64,000 bases of DNA from Eledone cirrhosa (lineage: Eukaryota). A program made the translations under genes and the position numbers. The stretch is taken from assembly GCA_964016885.1 (NCBI GenBank), contig OZ024740.1, positions 389,794,001 to 389,858,000 of the forward strand. The letters run 5' to 3'. Shown here one piece after another: positions 10,960 to 23,619 of this stretch. The notes below the pieces were generated by a model that saw only the letters and a program-made list of their open reading frames with translations, was not told the DNA's origin and made no database searches. Position 1 is the stretch's first letter. Each line of letters opens with the position of its first letter.

Positions 10960-13900
10960 TTTATTCATGTTCTGTCGACGTTAGAACATCTATTTATTCA
11001 TGTCCTGTCACAGTTAGAGCCTCTGTTTATTCATGTTCTGTGGGAGTCAGAACCTCCATTTATTCATGTTCTTTCGGTGTTAGAACCTCTATTTATTCAA
11101 TATCTGTCGCAGTTAGAACCTCTTGTCGGAGTCAGAACCTCTATTTATTCATGTTCTGTCGGAGTTAGAACCTCTGTTTATTCATGTTCTGTCGCAGTTA
11201 GAACCTCTATTTATTCATGTTCTGTCGGAGTTAGAACCTCTATTTATTCATGTTCTGTCAGAGTTAGAACCTCTGTTTATTCATGTTCTGTCGGAGTGAG
11301 AACCTCTATTTATTCATGTTCTGTCGCATTTAGAATCTCTATTTATTCATGTTCTGTCGGAGTTAGAATCTCTATTTATTCATGTTCTGTCGGAGTTAGA
11401 ACCTCTGTTTATTCATGTTCTGTCAGAGTGAGAACCTCTATTTATTCATGTTCTGTCGGAGTTAGAACCTTATTTTTTCATGTTCTGTCGGAGTTAGAAC
11501 CTCTGTTTATTCATGTTCTGTCGGAGTGAGAACCTCTGTTTATTCATGTTCTGTCGGAGTGAGAACCTCTATTTATTCATGTTCTGTCGGAGTTAGAACC
11601 TTATTTTTTCATGTTCTGTCGGAGTTAGAACCTCTGTTTAGTCATGTTCTGTCTGAGTTAGAACCTCTATTTATTTAGGTTCTGTCGGAGTTAGAACCTC
11701 TATTTATTCATGTTCTTTCAGTGTTAGAACATCTATTTATTCATGTTCTATCGGAGTCAGAACCTCTATTTATTTAGGTTCTGTCGCAGTAAGAACCTCT
11801 ATTTATTCAATATCTGTCGCAGTTAGAACCTCTTGTCGGAGTTAGAACCTCTATTTATTCATGTTCTGTCGGAGTTAGAACCTCTATTTATTCATGTTCT
11901 TTAGGAGTTAGAACATCTATTTATTCATGTTCTGATGCGGTTAGAACCTCTATTTATTCATGTTCTGTCGGAGTTAGAACCTCTTGTCGGAGTCAGAACC
12001 TCTATTTATTCATGTTCTTTCGGAGTTAGAACCTCTCTTTATTCATGTTCTGTCGCAGTTAGAACCTCTATTTATTCATGTTCTGTCGCAGTTAGAACCT
12101 CTATTTATTCATGTTCTGTCCGAGATTGAACCCCTATTTACTCAGGTTCTTTTGGAGTTAGAACCTCTATTTATTCATGTTTTGTCGGAGTCAGAACCAC
12201 TATTTATTCATGTTCTGTCGCAGTTAGAATCTCTTGTCGGAGTTAGAACCTCTATTTATTCATGTTCTGTCGGAGTTAGAACCTCTGTTTATTCATGTTC
12301 TTTCGTAGTTAGAACCTCTGTTTATTCATGTTCTGTCGCAGTTAGAAGCTCTATTTATTCATGTTCGGTGGGAGTTAGAACCTCGATTTATTCATGTTCT
12401 GTCGGAGTTAGAACCTCTGTTTATTCATGTTCTGTCGGAGTCAGAACATCTGTTTATTCATGTTCTGTCGGAGTCAGAACCTCTATTTATTCATGTTCTG
12501 TCGCAGTTAGAATCTCTTGTCGGTGTTAGAACCTTTATTTATTCATGTTCTGTCGGAGTTAGTACCTCTATTTATTCATGTTCTATCGGAGTTAGAACCT
12601 CTGTTTATTCATGTTCTTTTGGAGTTAGAACCTCTATTTATTCCTGTTCTGTCGGAGTTAGAACCTCTATTTATTCATGTTCTGTCGCAGTTAGAACCTC
12701 TATTTATTCATGTTCTGTCGCAGTTATAACCTCTATTTATTCATGTTCTGTCGGAGTTAGAACCTCTATTTATTCATGTTCTAACGGAGTTAGAACCTCT
12801 GTTTATTCATGTTCTTTCGGAGTTAGAACCTCTATTTATTCATGTTCTGTCGCAGTTAGAACCTCTTGTCGGAGTCAGAACCTCTATTTATTCATGTTCT
12901 GTCGGAGTTAGGACATCTATTTATTCATGTTCTGTCGGAGTCAGAACCTATATTTATTCATGTTCTGTCGGAGTCAGAACCTCTATTTATTCATGTTCTG
13001 TCGGAGTTAGAACCGCTGTTTATTCATGTTCTGTCGCAGTTAGAACCTCTATTTATTCATGTTCTGGCGGAGTTAGAACCTCTATTTATTCATGTTCTAT
13101 CGGAGTTTGAACCTCTGTTTATTCATGTTCTTTCGGAGTTAGAACCTCTATTTATTCATGTTCTGTCGGAGTTAGAACCGCTATTTATTCATGTTTTGTC
13201 GCAGTTAGAACCTCTATTTATTCCTGTTCTGTCGCAGTTAGAATCTCTATTTATTCATGTTCTGTCGGAGTCAGAACCTCTATTTATTTAGGTTCTGTCG
13301 AAGTTAGAACCTCTATTTATTCATGTTCTGTCGACGTTAGAACATCTATTTATTCATGTCCTGTCACAGTTAGAGCCTCTGTTTATTCATGTTCTGTGGG
13401 AGTCAGAACCTCCATTTATTCATGTTCTTTCGGTGTTAGAACCTCTATTTATTCAATATCTTTCGCAGTTAGAACCTCTTGTCGGAGTCAGAACCTCTAT
13501 TTATTCATGTTCTGTCGGAGTTAGAACCTCTGTTTATTCATGTTCTGTCGCAGTTAGAACCTCTATTTATTCATGTTCTGTCGGAGTTAGAACCTCTATT
13601 TATTCATGTTCTGTCAGAGTTAGAACCTCTGTTTATTCATGTTCTGTCGGAGTGAGAACCTCTATTTATTCATGTTCTGTCGCATTTAGAATCTCTATTT
13701 ATTCATGTTCTGTCGGAGTTAGAATCACTATTTATTCATGTTCTGTCGGAGTTAGAACCTCTGTTTATTCATGTTCTGTCAGAATGAGAACCTCTATTTA
13801 TTCATGTTCTGTCGGAGTTAGAACCTTATTTTTTCATGTTCTGTCGGAGTTAGAACCTCTGTTTATTCATGTTCTGTCTGAGTTTGAACCTCTGTTTATT

Positions 13901-16900
13901 CATGTTCTTTCGGAGTTAGAACCTCTGTTTCTTCATGTTCTGTCGCAGTTAGAACCTCTATTTATTCATGTTCTTTCGGAGTGAGAACCTCTATTTATTC
14001 ATGTTCTGTCGGAGTTAGAACCTCTTGTCGGTGTCAGAACCTCTATTTATTCATGTTCTATCGGAGTTAGAACCTCTGTTTATTCATGTACTGTCGGAGT
14101 TAGAACCTCTATTTATTCATGTTCTGTCGCAGTTAGAAGCTCTTGTCGGAGTTAGAACCTCTATTTATACATGTTCTTTCGGAGTTAGAACCTCTATTTA
14201 TTCATGTTCTGTCGGAGCTAGTACCTCTGTTTATTCATGTTCTGTCGCAGTTAGAACATCTATTTATTCATGTTCTGTCGGAGTTAGAACCTCTATTTTT
14301 TCATGTTCTGTCGGAGTTAGAACCTCTGTTTATTCATGTTCTGTCTGAGTTTGAACCTCTGTTTATTCATGTTCTTTCGGAGTTAGAACCTCTGTTTCTT
14401 CATGTTCTGTCGCAGTTAGAACCTCTATTTATTCATGTTCTTTCGGAGTGAGAACCTCTATTTATTCATGTTCTGTCGGAGTAAGAACCTCTATTTATTC
14501 ATGTTCTGTCGGTGTCAGAACCTCTATTTATTCATGTTCTATCGGAGTTAGAACCTCTGTTTATTCATGTTCTGTCGGAGTTAGAACCTCTATTTATTCA
14601 TGTTCTGTCGCAGTTAGAAGCTCTTGTCGGAGTTAGAACCTCTATTTATACATGTTCTTTCGGAGTTAGAACCTCTATTTATTCATGTTCTGTCGGAGTT
14701 AGTACCTCTGTTTATTCATGTTCTGTCGCAGTTAGAACATCTATTTATTCATGTTCTGTCGGAGTTAGAACCTCTATTTATTCATGTTCTGTCGCAGTTA
14801 GAACCTCTGTTTATTCATGTTCTGTCGGAGTGAGAACCTCTATTTATTCATGTTCTGTCGGAGTTAGAACCTCTTGTCGGTGTCAGAACCTCTATTTATT
14901 CATGTTCTGTCGGAGTTAGAACATCTATTTATTCATGTTCTGTCGGAGTTAGATCCTCTGTTTATTCATTTCTTTCGGAGTTAGAACCTCTATTTATTCA
15001 TGTTCTGTCAGAGTTAGAACCTCTTGTCGGAGTCAGAACCTCTATTTATTCATGTTCTATCGGAGTTAGAACCTCTGTTTATTCATGTTCTGTCGGAGTT
15101 AGAACCTCTATTTATTCATGTTCTGTCGCAGTTAGAACCTCTTGTCGGAGTTAGAACCTCTATTTATTCATGTTCTGTCGGAGTTAGAACTTCTATTTAT
15201 TATTGTTCTGTCGGAGTTAGTACCTCTGTTTATTCATGTTCTGTCGCAGTTAGAACCTCTATTTATTCATGTTCTGTCGGAGTTAGAACTTCTATTTATT
15301 CGTGTTCTGTCGGAGTTAGAACCTCTATACATTCATGTTCTGTCGGAGTTAGTACCTCTGTTTATTCATGTTCTGTCGCAGTTAGAACCTCTGTTTATTC
15401 TTGTTCTGTCGGAGTGAGAACCTCTATTTATTCATGTTCTGTCGGAGTTAGAACCTTATTTTTTCATGTTCTGTCGGAGTTAAAACCTCTGTTTATACAT
15501 GTTCTTTCGGAGTTAGAACCACTATTTATTCATGTCCTGTCGCAGTCAGAACTTCTATTTATTTAGGTTCTGTCGGAGTTAGAACCTCTATTTATTCATG
15601 TTCTGTCGGAGTTAGAACCTCTTTGTCGGAGTCAGAACCTCCATTTATTCATGTTCTGTCGGAGTTAGAACATCTATTTATTCATGTTCTGTCGGAGTTA
15701 GAACCTCTGTTTATTCATTTCTTTCGGAGTTAGAACCTCTGTTTATTCATGTTCTGTCGACGTTAGAACATCTATTTATTCATGTCCTGTCACAGTTAGA
15801 GCCTCTGTTTATTCATGTTCTGTGGGAGTCAGAACCTCCATCTATTCATGTTCTTTCGGTGTTAGAACCTCTATTTATTCAATATCTGTCGCAGTTAGAA
15901 CCTCTTGTCGGAGTCAGAACCTCTATTTATTCATGTTCTGTCGGAGTTAGAACCTCTGTTTATTCATGTTCTGTCGCAGTTAGAACCTCTATTTATTCAT
16001 GTTCTGTCGGAGTTAGAACCTCTATTTATTCATGTTCTGTCAGAGTTAGAACCTCTGTTTATTCATGTTCTGTCGGAGTGAGAACCTCTATTTATTCATG
16101 TTCTGTCGCATTTAGAATCTCTATTTATTCATGTTCTGTCGGAGTTAGAATCTCTATTTATTCATGTTCTGTCGGAGTTAGAACCTCTGTTTATTCATGT
16201 TCTGTCAGAGTGAGAACCTCTATTTATTCATGTTCTGTCGGAGTTAGAACCTTATTTTTTCATGTTCTGTCGGAGTTAGAACCTCTGTTTATTCATGTTC
16301 TGTCGGAGTGAGAACCTCTGTTTATTCATGTTCTGTCGGAGTGAGAACCACTATTTATTCATGTTCTGTCGGAGTTAGAACCTTATTTTTTCATGTTCTG
16401 TCGGAGTTAGAACCTCTGTTTAGTCATGTTCTGTCTGAGTTAGAACCTCTATTTATTTAGGTTCTGTCGGAGTTAGAACCTCTATTTATTCATGTTCTTT
16501 CAGTGTTAGAACATCTATTTATTCATGTTCTATCGGAGTCAGAACCTCTATTTATTTAGGTTCTGTCGCAGTAAGAACCTCTATTTATTCAATATCTGTC
16601 GCAGTTAGAACCTCTTGTCGGAGTTAGAACCTCTATTTATTCATGTTCTGTCGGAGTTAGAACCTCTATTTATTCATGTTCTTTAGGAGTTAGAACATCT
16701 ATTTATTCATGTTCTGATGCGGTTAGAACCTCTATTTATTCATGTTCTGTCGGAGTTAGAACCTCTTGTCGGAGTCAGAACCTCTATTTATTCATGTTCT
16801 TTCGGAGTTAGAACCTCTCTTTATTCATGTTCTGTCGCAGTTAGAACCTCTATTTATTCATGTTCTGTCGCAGTTAGAACCTCTATTTATTCATGTTCTG

Positions 16901-19900
16901 TCCGAGATTGAACCCCTATTTACTCAGGTTCTTTTGGAGTTAGAACCTCTATTTATTCATGTTTTGTCGGAGTCAGAACCACTATTTATTCATGTTCTGT
17001 CGCAGTTAGAATCTCTTGTCGGAGTTAGAACCTCTATTTATTCATGTTCTGTCGGAGTTAGAACCTCTATTTATTAATGTTCTGTCGCAGTTAGAACCTC
17101 TTGTCGGAGTTAGAACCTCTATTTATTCATGTTCTGTCGGAGTTAGAACTTCTATTTATTATTGTTCTGTCGGAGTTAGTACCTCTGTTTATTCATGTTC
17201 TGTCGCAGTTAGAACCTCTATTTATTCATGTTCTGTCGGAGTTAGAACTTCTATTTATTCGTGTTCTGTCGGAGTTAGAACCTCTATACATTCATGTTCT
17301 GTCGGAGTTAGTACCTCTGTTTATTCATGTTCTGTCGCAGTTAGAACCTCTGTTTATTCTTGTTCTGTCGGAGTGAGAACCTCTATTTATTCATGTTCTG
17401 TCGGAGTTAGAACCTTATTTTTTCATGTTCTGTCGGAGTTAAAACCTCTGTTTATACATGTTCTTTCGGAGTTAGAACCACTATTTATTCATGTCCTGTC
17501 GCAGTCGGAACTTCTATTTATTTAGGTTCTGTCGGAGTTAGAACCTCTATTTATTCATGTTCTGTCGGAGTTAGAACCTCTTTGTCGGAGTCAGAACCTC
17601 CATTTATTCATGTTCTGTCGGAGTTAGAACATCTATTTATTCATGTTCTGTCGGAGTTAGAACCTCTGTTTATTCATTTCTTTCGGAGTTAGAACCTCTG
17701 TTTATTCATGTTCTGTCGACGTTAGAACATCTATTTATTCATGTCCTGTCACAGTTAGAGCCTCTGTTTATTCATGTTCTGTGGGAGTCAGAACCTCCAT
17801 TTATTCATGTTCTTTCGGTGTTAGAACCTCTATTTATTCAATATCTGTCGCAGTTAGAACCTCTTGTCGGAGTCAGAACCTCTATTTATTCATGTTCTGT
17901 CGGAGTTAGAACCTCTGTTTATTCATGTTCTGTCGCAGTTAGAACCTCTATTTATTCATGTTCTGTCGGAGTTAGAACCTCTATTTATTCATGTTCTGTC
18001 AGAGTTAGAACCTCTGTTTATTCATGTTCTGTCGGAGTGAGAACCTCTATTTATTCATGTTCTGTCGCATTTAGAATCTCTATTTATTCATGTTCTGTCG
18101 GAGTTAGAATCTCTATTTATTCATGTTCTGTCGGAGTTAGAACCTCTGTTTATTCATGTTCTGTCAGAGTGAGAACCTCTATTTATTCATGTTCTGTCGG
18201 AGTTAGAACCTTATTTTTTCATGTTCTGTCGGAGTTAGAACCTCTGTTTATTCATGTTCTGTCGGAGTGAGAACCTCTGTTTATTCATGTTCTGTCGGAG
18301 TGAGAACCTCTATTTATTCATGTTCTGTCGGAGTTAGAACCTTATTTTTTCATGTTCTGTCGGAGTTAGAACCTCTGTTTAGTCATGTTCTGTCTGAGTT
18401 AGAACCTCTATTTATTTAGGTTCTGTCGGAGTTAGAACCTCTATTTATTCATGTTCTTTCAGTGTTAGAACATCTATTTATTCATGTTCTATCGGAGTCA
18501 GAACCTCTATTTATTTAGGTTCTGTCGCAGTAAGAACCTCTATTTATTCAATATCTGTCGCAGTTAGAACCTCTTGTCGGAGTTAGAACCTCTATTTATT
18601 CATGTTCTGTCGGAGTTAGAACCTCTATTTATTCATGTTCTTTAGGAGTTAGAACATCTATTTATTCATGTTCTGATGCGGTTAGAACCTCTATTTATTC
18701 ATGTTCTGTCGGAGTTAGAACGTCTTGTCGGAGTCAGAACCTCTATTTATTCATGTTCTTTCGGAGTTAGAACCTCTCTTTATTCATGTTCTGTCGCAGT
18801 TAGAACCTCTATTTATTCATGTTCTGTCGCAGTTAGAACCTCTATTTATTCATGTTCTGTCCGAGATTGAACCCCTATTTACTCAGGTTCTTTTGGAGTT
18901 AGAACCTCTATTTATTCATGTTTTGTCGGAGTCAGAACCACTATTTATTCATGTTCTGTCGCAGTTAGAATCTCTTGTCGGAGTTAGAACCTCTATTTAT
19001 TCATGTTCTGTCGGAGTTAGAACCTCTGTTTATTCATGTTCTTTCGTAGTTAGAACCTCTGTTTATTCATGTTCTGTCGCAGTTAGAAGCTCTATTTATT
19101 CATGTTCGGTGGGAGTTAGAACCTCGATTTATTCATGTTCTGTCGGAGTTAGAACCTCTGTTTATTCATGTTCTGTCGGAGTCAGAACATCTGTTTATTC
19201 ATGTTCTGTCGGAGTCAGAACCTCTATTTATTCATGTTCTGTCGCAGTTAGAATCTCTTGTCGGGGTTAGAACCTTTATTTATTCATGTTCTGTCGGAGT
19301 TAGTACCTCTATTTATTCATGTTCTATCGGAGTTAGAACCTCTGTTTATTCATGTTCTTTTGGAGTTAGAACCTCTATTTATTCCTGTTCTGTCGGAGTT
19401 AGAACCTCTATTTATTCATGTTCTGTCGCAGTTAGAACCTCTATTTATTCATGTTCTGTCGCAGTTATAACCTCTATTTATTCATGTTCTGTCGGAGTTA
19501 GAACCTCTATTTTTTCATGTTCTAACGGAGTTAGAACCTCTGTTTATTCATGTTCTTTCGGAGTTAGAACCTCTATTTATTCATGTTCTGTCGCAGTTAG
19601 AACCTCTTGTCGGAGTCAGAACCTCTATTTATTCATGTTCTGTCGGAGTTAGAACATCTATTTATTCATGTTCTGTCGGAGTCAGAACCTATATTTATTC
19701 ATGTTCTGTCGGAGTCAGAACCTCTATTTATTCATGTTCTGTCGGAGTTAGAACCGCTGTTTATTCATGTTCTGTCGCAGTTAGAACCTCTATTTATTCA
19801 TGTTCTGGCGGAGTTAGAACCTCTATTTATTCATGTTCTATCGGAGTTTGAACCTCTGTTTATTCATGTTCTTTCGGAGTTAGAACCTCTATTTATTCAT

Positions 19901-22460
19901 GTTCTGTCGGAGTTAGAACCGCTATTTATTCATGTTTTGTCGCAGTTAGAACCTCTATTTATTCCTGTTCTGTCGCAGTTAGAATCTCTATTTATTCATG
20001 TTCTGTCGGAGTCAGAACCTCTATTTATTTAGGTTCTGTCGGAGTTAGAACCTCTATTTATTCATGTTCTGTCGACGTTAGAACATCTATTTATTCATGT
20101 CCTGTCACAGTTAGAGCCTCTGTTTATTCATGTTCTGTGGGAGTCAGAACCTCCATTTATTCATGTTCTTTCGGTGTTAGAACCTCTATTTATTCAATAT
20201 CTTTCGCAGTCAGAACCTCTATTTATTCATGTTCTGTCGGAGTTAGAACCTCTGTTTATTCATGTTCTGTCGCAGTTAGAACCTCTATTTATTCATGTTC
20301 TGTCGGAGTTAGAACCTCTATTTATTCATGTTCTGTCAGAGTTAGAACCTCTGTTTATTCATGTTCTGTCGGAGTGAGAACCTCTATTTATTCATGTTCT
20401 GTCGCATTTAGAATCTCTATTTATTCATGTTCTGTCGGAGTTAGAATCACTATTTATTCATGTTCTGTCGGAGTTAGAACCTCTGTTTATTCATGTTCTG
20501 TCAGAATGAGAACCTCTATTTATTCATGTTCTGTCGGAGTTAGAACCTTATTTTTTCATGTTCTGTCGGAGTTAGAACCTCTGTTTATTCATGTTCTGTC
20601 TGAGTTTGAACCTCTGTTTATTCATGTTCTTTCGGAGTTAGAACCTCTGTTTCTTCATGTTCTGTCGCAGTTAGAACCTCTATTTATTCATGTTCTTTCG
20701 GAGTGAGAACCTCTATTTATTCATGTTCTGTCGGAGTTAGAACCTCTTGTCGGTGTCAGAACCTCTATTTATTCATGTTCTATCGGAGTTAGAACCTCTG
20801 TTTATTCATGTTCTGTCGGAGTTAGAACCTCTATTTATTCATGTTCTGTCGCAGTTAGAAGCTCTTGTCGGAGTTAGAACCTCTATTTATACATGTTCTT
20901 TCGGAGTTAGAACCTCTATTTATTCATGTTCTGTCGGAGTTAGTACCTCTGTTTATTCATGTTCTGTCGCAGTTAGAACATCTATTTATTCATGTTCTGT
21001 CGGAGTTAGAACCTCTATTTTTTCATGTTCTGTCGGAGTTAGAACCTCTGTTTATTCATGTTCTGTCTGAGTTTGAACCTCTGTTTATTCATGTTCTTTC
21101 GGAGTTAGAACCTCTGTTTCTTCATGTTCTGTCGCAGTTAGAACCTCTATTTATTCATGTTCTTTCGGAGTGAGAACCTCTATTTATTCATGTTCTGTCG
21201 GAGTAAGAACCTCTATTTATTCATGTTCTGTCGGTGTCAGAACCTCTATTTATTCATGTTCTATCGGAGTTAGAACCTCTGTTTATTCATGTTCTGTCGG
21301 AGTTAGAACCTCTATTTATTCATGTTCTGTCGCAGTTAGAAGCTCTTGTCGGAGTTAGAACCTCTATTTATACATGTTCTTTCGGAGTTAGAACCTCTAT
21401 TTATTCATGTTCTGTCGGAGTTAGTACCTCTGTTTATTCATGTTCTGTCGCAGTTAGAACATCTATTTATTCATGTTCTGTCGGAGTTAGAACCTCTATT
21501 TATTCATGTTCTGTCGCAGTTAGAACCTCTGTTTATTCATGTTCTGTCGGAGTGAGAACCTCTATTTATTCATGTTCTGTCGGAGTTAGAACCTCTTGTC
21601 GGTGTCAGAACCTCTATTTATTCATGTTCTGTCGGAGTTAGAACATCTATTTATTCATGTTCTGTCGGAGTTAGATCCTCTGTTTATTCATTTCTTTCGG
21701 AGTTAGAACCTCTATTTATTCATGTTCTGTCAGAGTTAGAACCTCTTGTCGGAGTCAGAACCTCTATTTATTCATGTTCTATCGGAGTTAGAACCTCTGT
21801 TTATTCATGTTCTGTCGGAGTTAGAACCTCTATTTATTCATGTTCTGTCGCAGTTAGAACCTCTTGTCGGAGTTAGAACCTCTATTTATTCATGTTCTGT
21901 CGGAGTTAGAACTTCTATTTATTATTGTTCTGTCGGAGTTAGTACCTCTGTTTATTCATGTTCTGTCGCAGTTAGAACCTCTATTTATTCATGTTCTGTC
22001 GGAGTTAGAACTTCTATTTATTCGTGTTCTGTCGGAGTTAGAACCTCTATACATTCATGTTCTGTCGGAGTTAGTACCTCTGTTTATTCATGTTCTGTCG
22101 CAGTTAGAACCTCTGTTTATTCTTGTTCTGTCGGAGTGAGAACCTCTATTTATTCATGTTCTGTCGGAGTTAGAACCTTATTTTTTCATGTTCTGTCGGA
22201 GTTAAAACCTCTGTTTATACATGTTCTTTCGGAGTTAGAACCACTATTTATTCATGTCCTGTCGCAGTCAGAACTTCTATTTATTTAGGTTCTGTCGGAG
22301 TTAGAACCTCTATTTATTCATGTTCTGTCGGAGTTAGAACCTCTTTGTCGGAGTCAGAACCTCCATTTATTCATGTTCTGTCGGAGTTAGAACATCTATT
22401 TATTCATGTTCTGTCGGAGTTAGAACCTCTGTTTATTCATTTCTTTCGGAGTTAGAACCT
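10960..22460. repeat. 4,782-bp higher-order unit duplicated (about 10960-15740 and 17700-22460), with a 1,959-bp tandem duplication spanning the junction
   Basis: Marker and ORF-track offsets: 11077 to 15859 (4782), 15859 to 17818 and 15142 to 17101 (1959), 11935 to 18676 and 12866 to 19607 (6741), 14025 to 20747 (6722, after loss of one 19-bp unit near 20210). Confidence 0.9.
13830..14790. repeat. About 467-481-bp tandem duplication nested in the 4.78-kb unit (also at about 20550-21510)
   Basis: GTCTGAGTTTGAACC at 13876 and 14343 (467 bp apart). GAAGCTCTTGTC...TATACATG at about 14140 and 14620 (481 bp apart). Confidence 0.85.
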
Positions 22461-23619
22461 CTGTTTATTCATGTTCTATCGGAGTTAGAACCTCTGTGTA
22501 TTCATGTTCTTTCGGAGTTAGAACCTCTATTTATTCATGTTCTGTCGCAGTTAGAACCTCTTGTCGGATTTAGAACCTCTATTTATTCATGTTCTGTCGG
22601 AGTTAGAACCTCTGTTTATTCATGTTCTGTCGCAGTTAGAACCTCTATTTATTCATGTTCTGTCGGAGTTAGAACCTCTATTTATTCATGTTCCGTCGGA
22701 GTTAGAACCTCTTGTCGGAGTCAGAACCTCTATTTATTCATGTTCTTTCGGAGTTAGAACCTCTATTTATTCATGTTCTGTCGCAGTTAGAACCTCTTGT
22801 CGGAGTCAGAACCTCTATCTATTCATGTTCTGTCGCAGTTAGAACCTCTATTTATTCCTGTTCTGTCGCAGTTAGAATCTCTATTTATTCATGTTCTGTC
22901 GGAGTTAGAACCTCTGTTTATTCATGTTCTTTCGGATTTAGAACCTCTATTTATTCATGTTCTGTCGGAGTTAGAACCTCTGTTTATTCATGTTCTGTCT
23001 GAGTTAGAACCTCTGTTTATTCATGTTCTTTCGGAGTTAGAACCTCTGTTTATTCATGTTCTGTCGCAGTTAGAACCTCTATTTATTCATGTTCTGTCGG
23101 AGTTAGAACATCTATTTATTCATGTTCTGTCGGAGTCAGAACCTCTATTTATTTAGGTTCTGTCGGAGTTAGAACCTCTATTTATTCATGTTCTGTCGGC
23201 GTTAGAACATCTATTTATTCATGTCCTGTCACAGTTAGAACCTCTGTTTATTCATGTTCTGTGGGAGTCAGAACCTCCATTTATTCATGAATCTTTCGGT
23301 GTTAGAACCTCCATTTATTCAATATCTGTCACAGTTAGAACCTCTTGTCGGAGTCAGAACCTCTATTTATTCATGTTCTGTCGGTGTTAGAACCTCTGTT
23401 TATCCATGTTCCGTCGCAGTTAGAACCTCTATTTATTCATGTTCTGTCGGAGTTAGAACCTCTATTTATTCATGTTCTGTCGGAGTTAGAACCTCTATTT
23501 ATTCATGTTCTGTCAGAGTTAGAACCTCTGTTTATTCATGTTCTGTCGGAGAGAGAACCTCTATTTATTCATGTTCTGTCGCAGTTAGAATCTCTATTTA
23601 TTCATGTTCTGTCGGAGTT

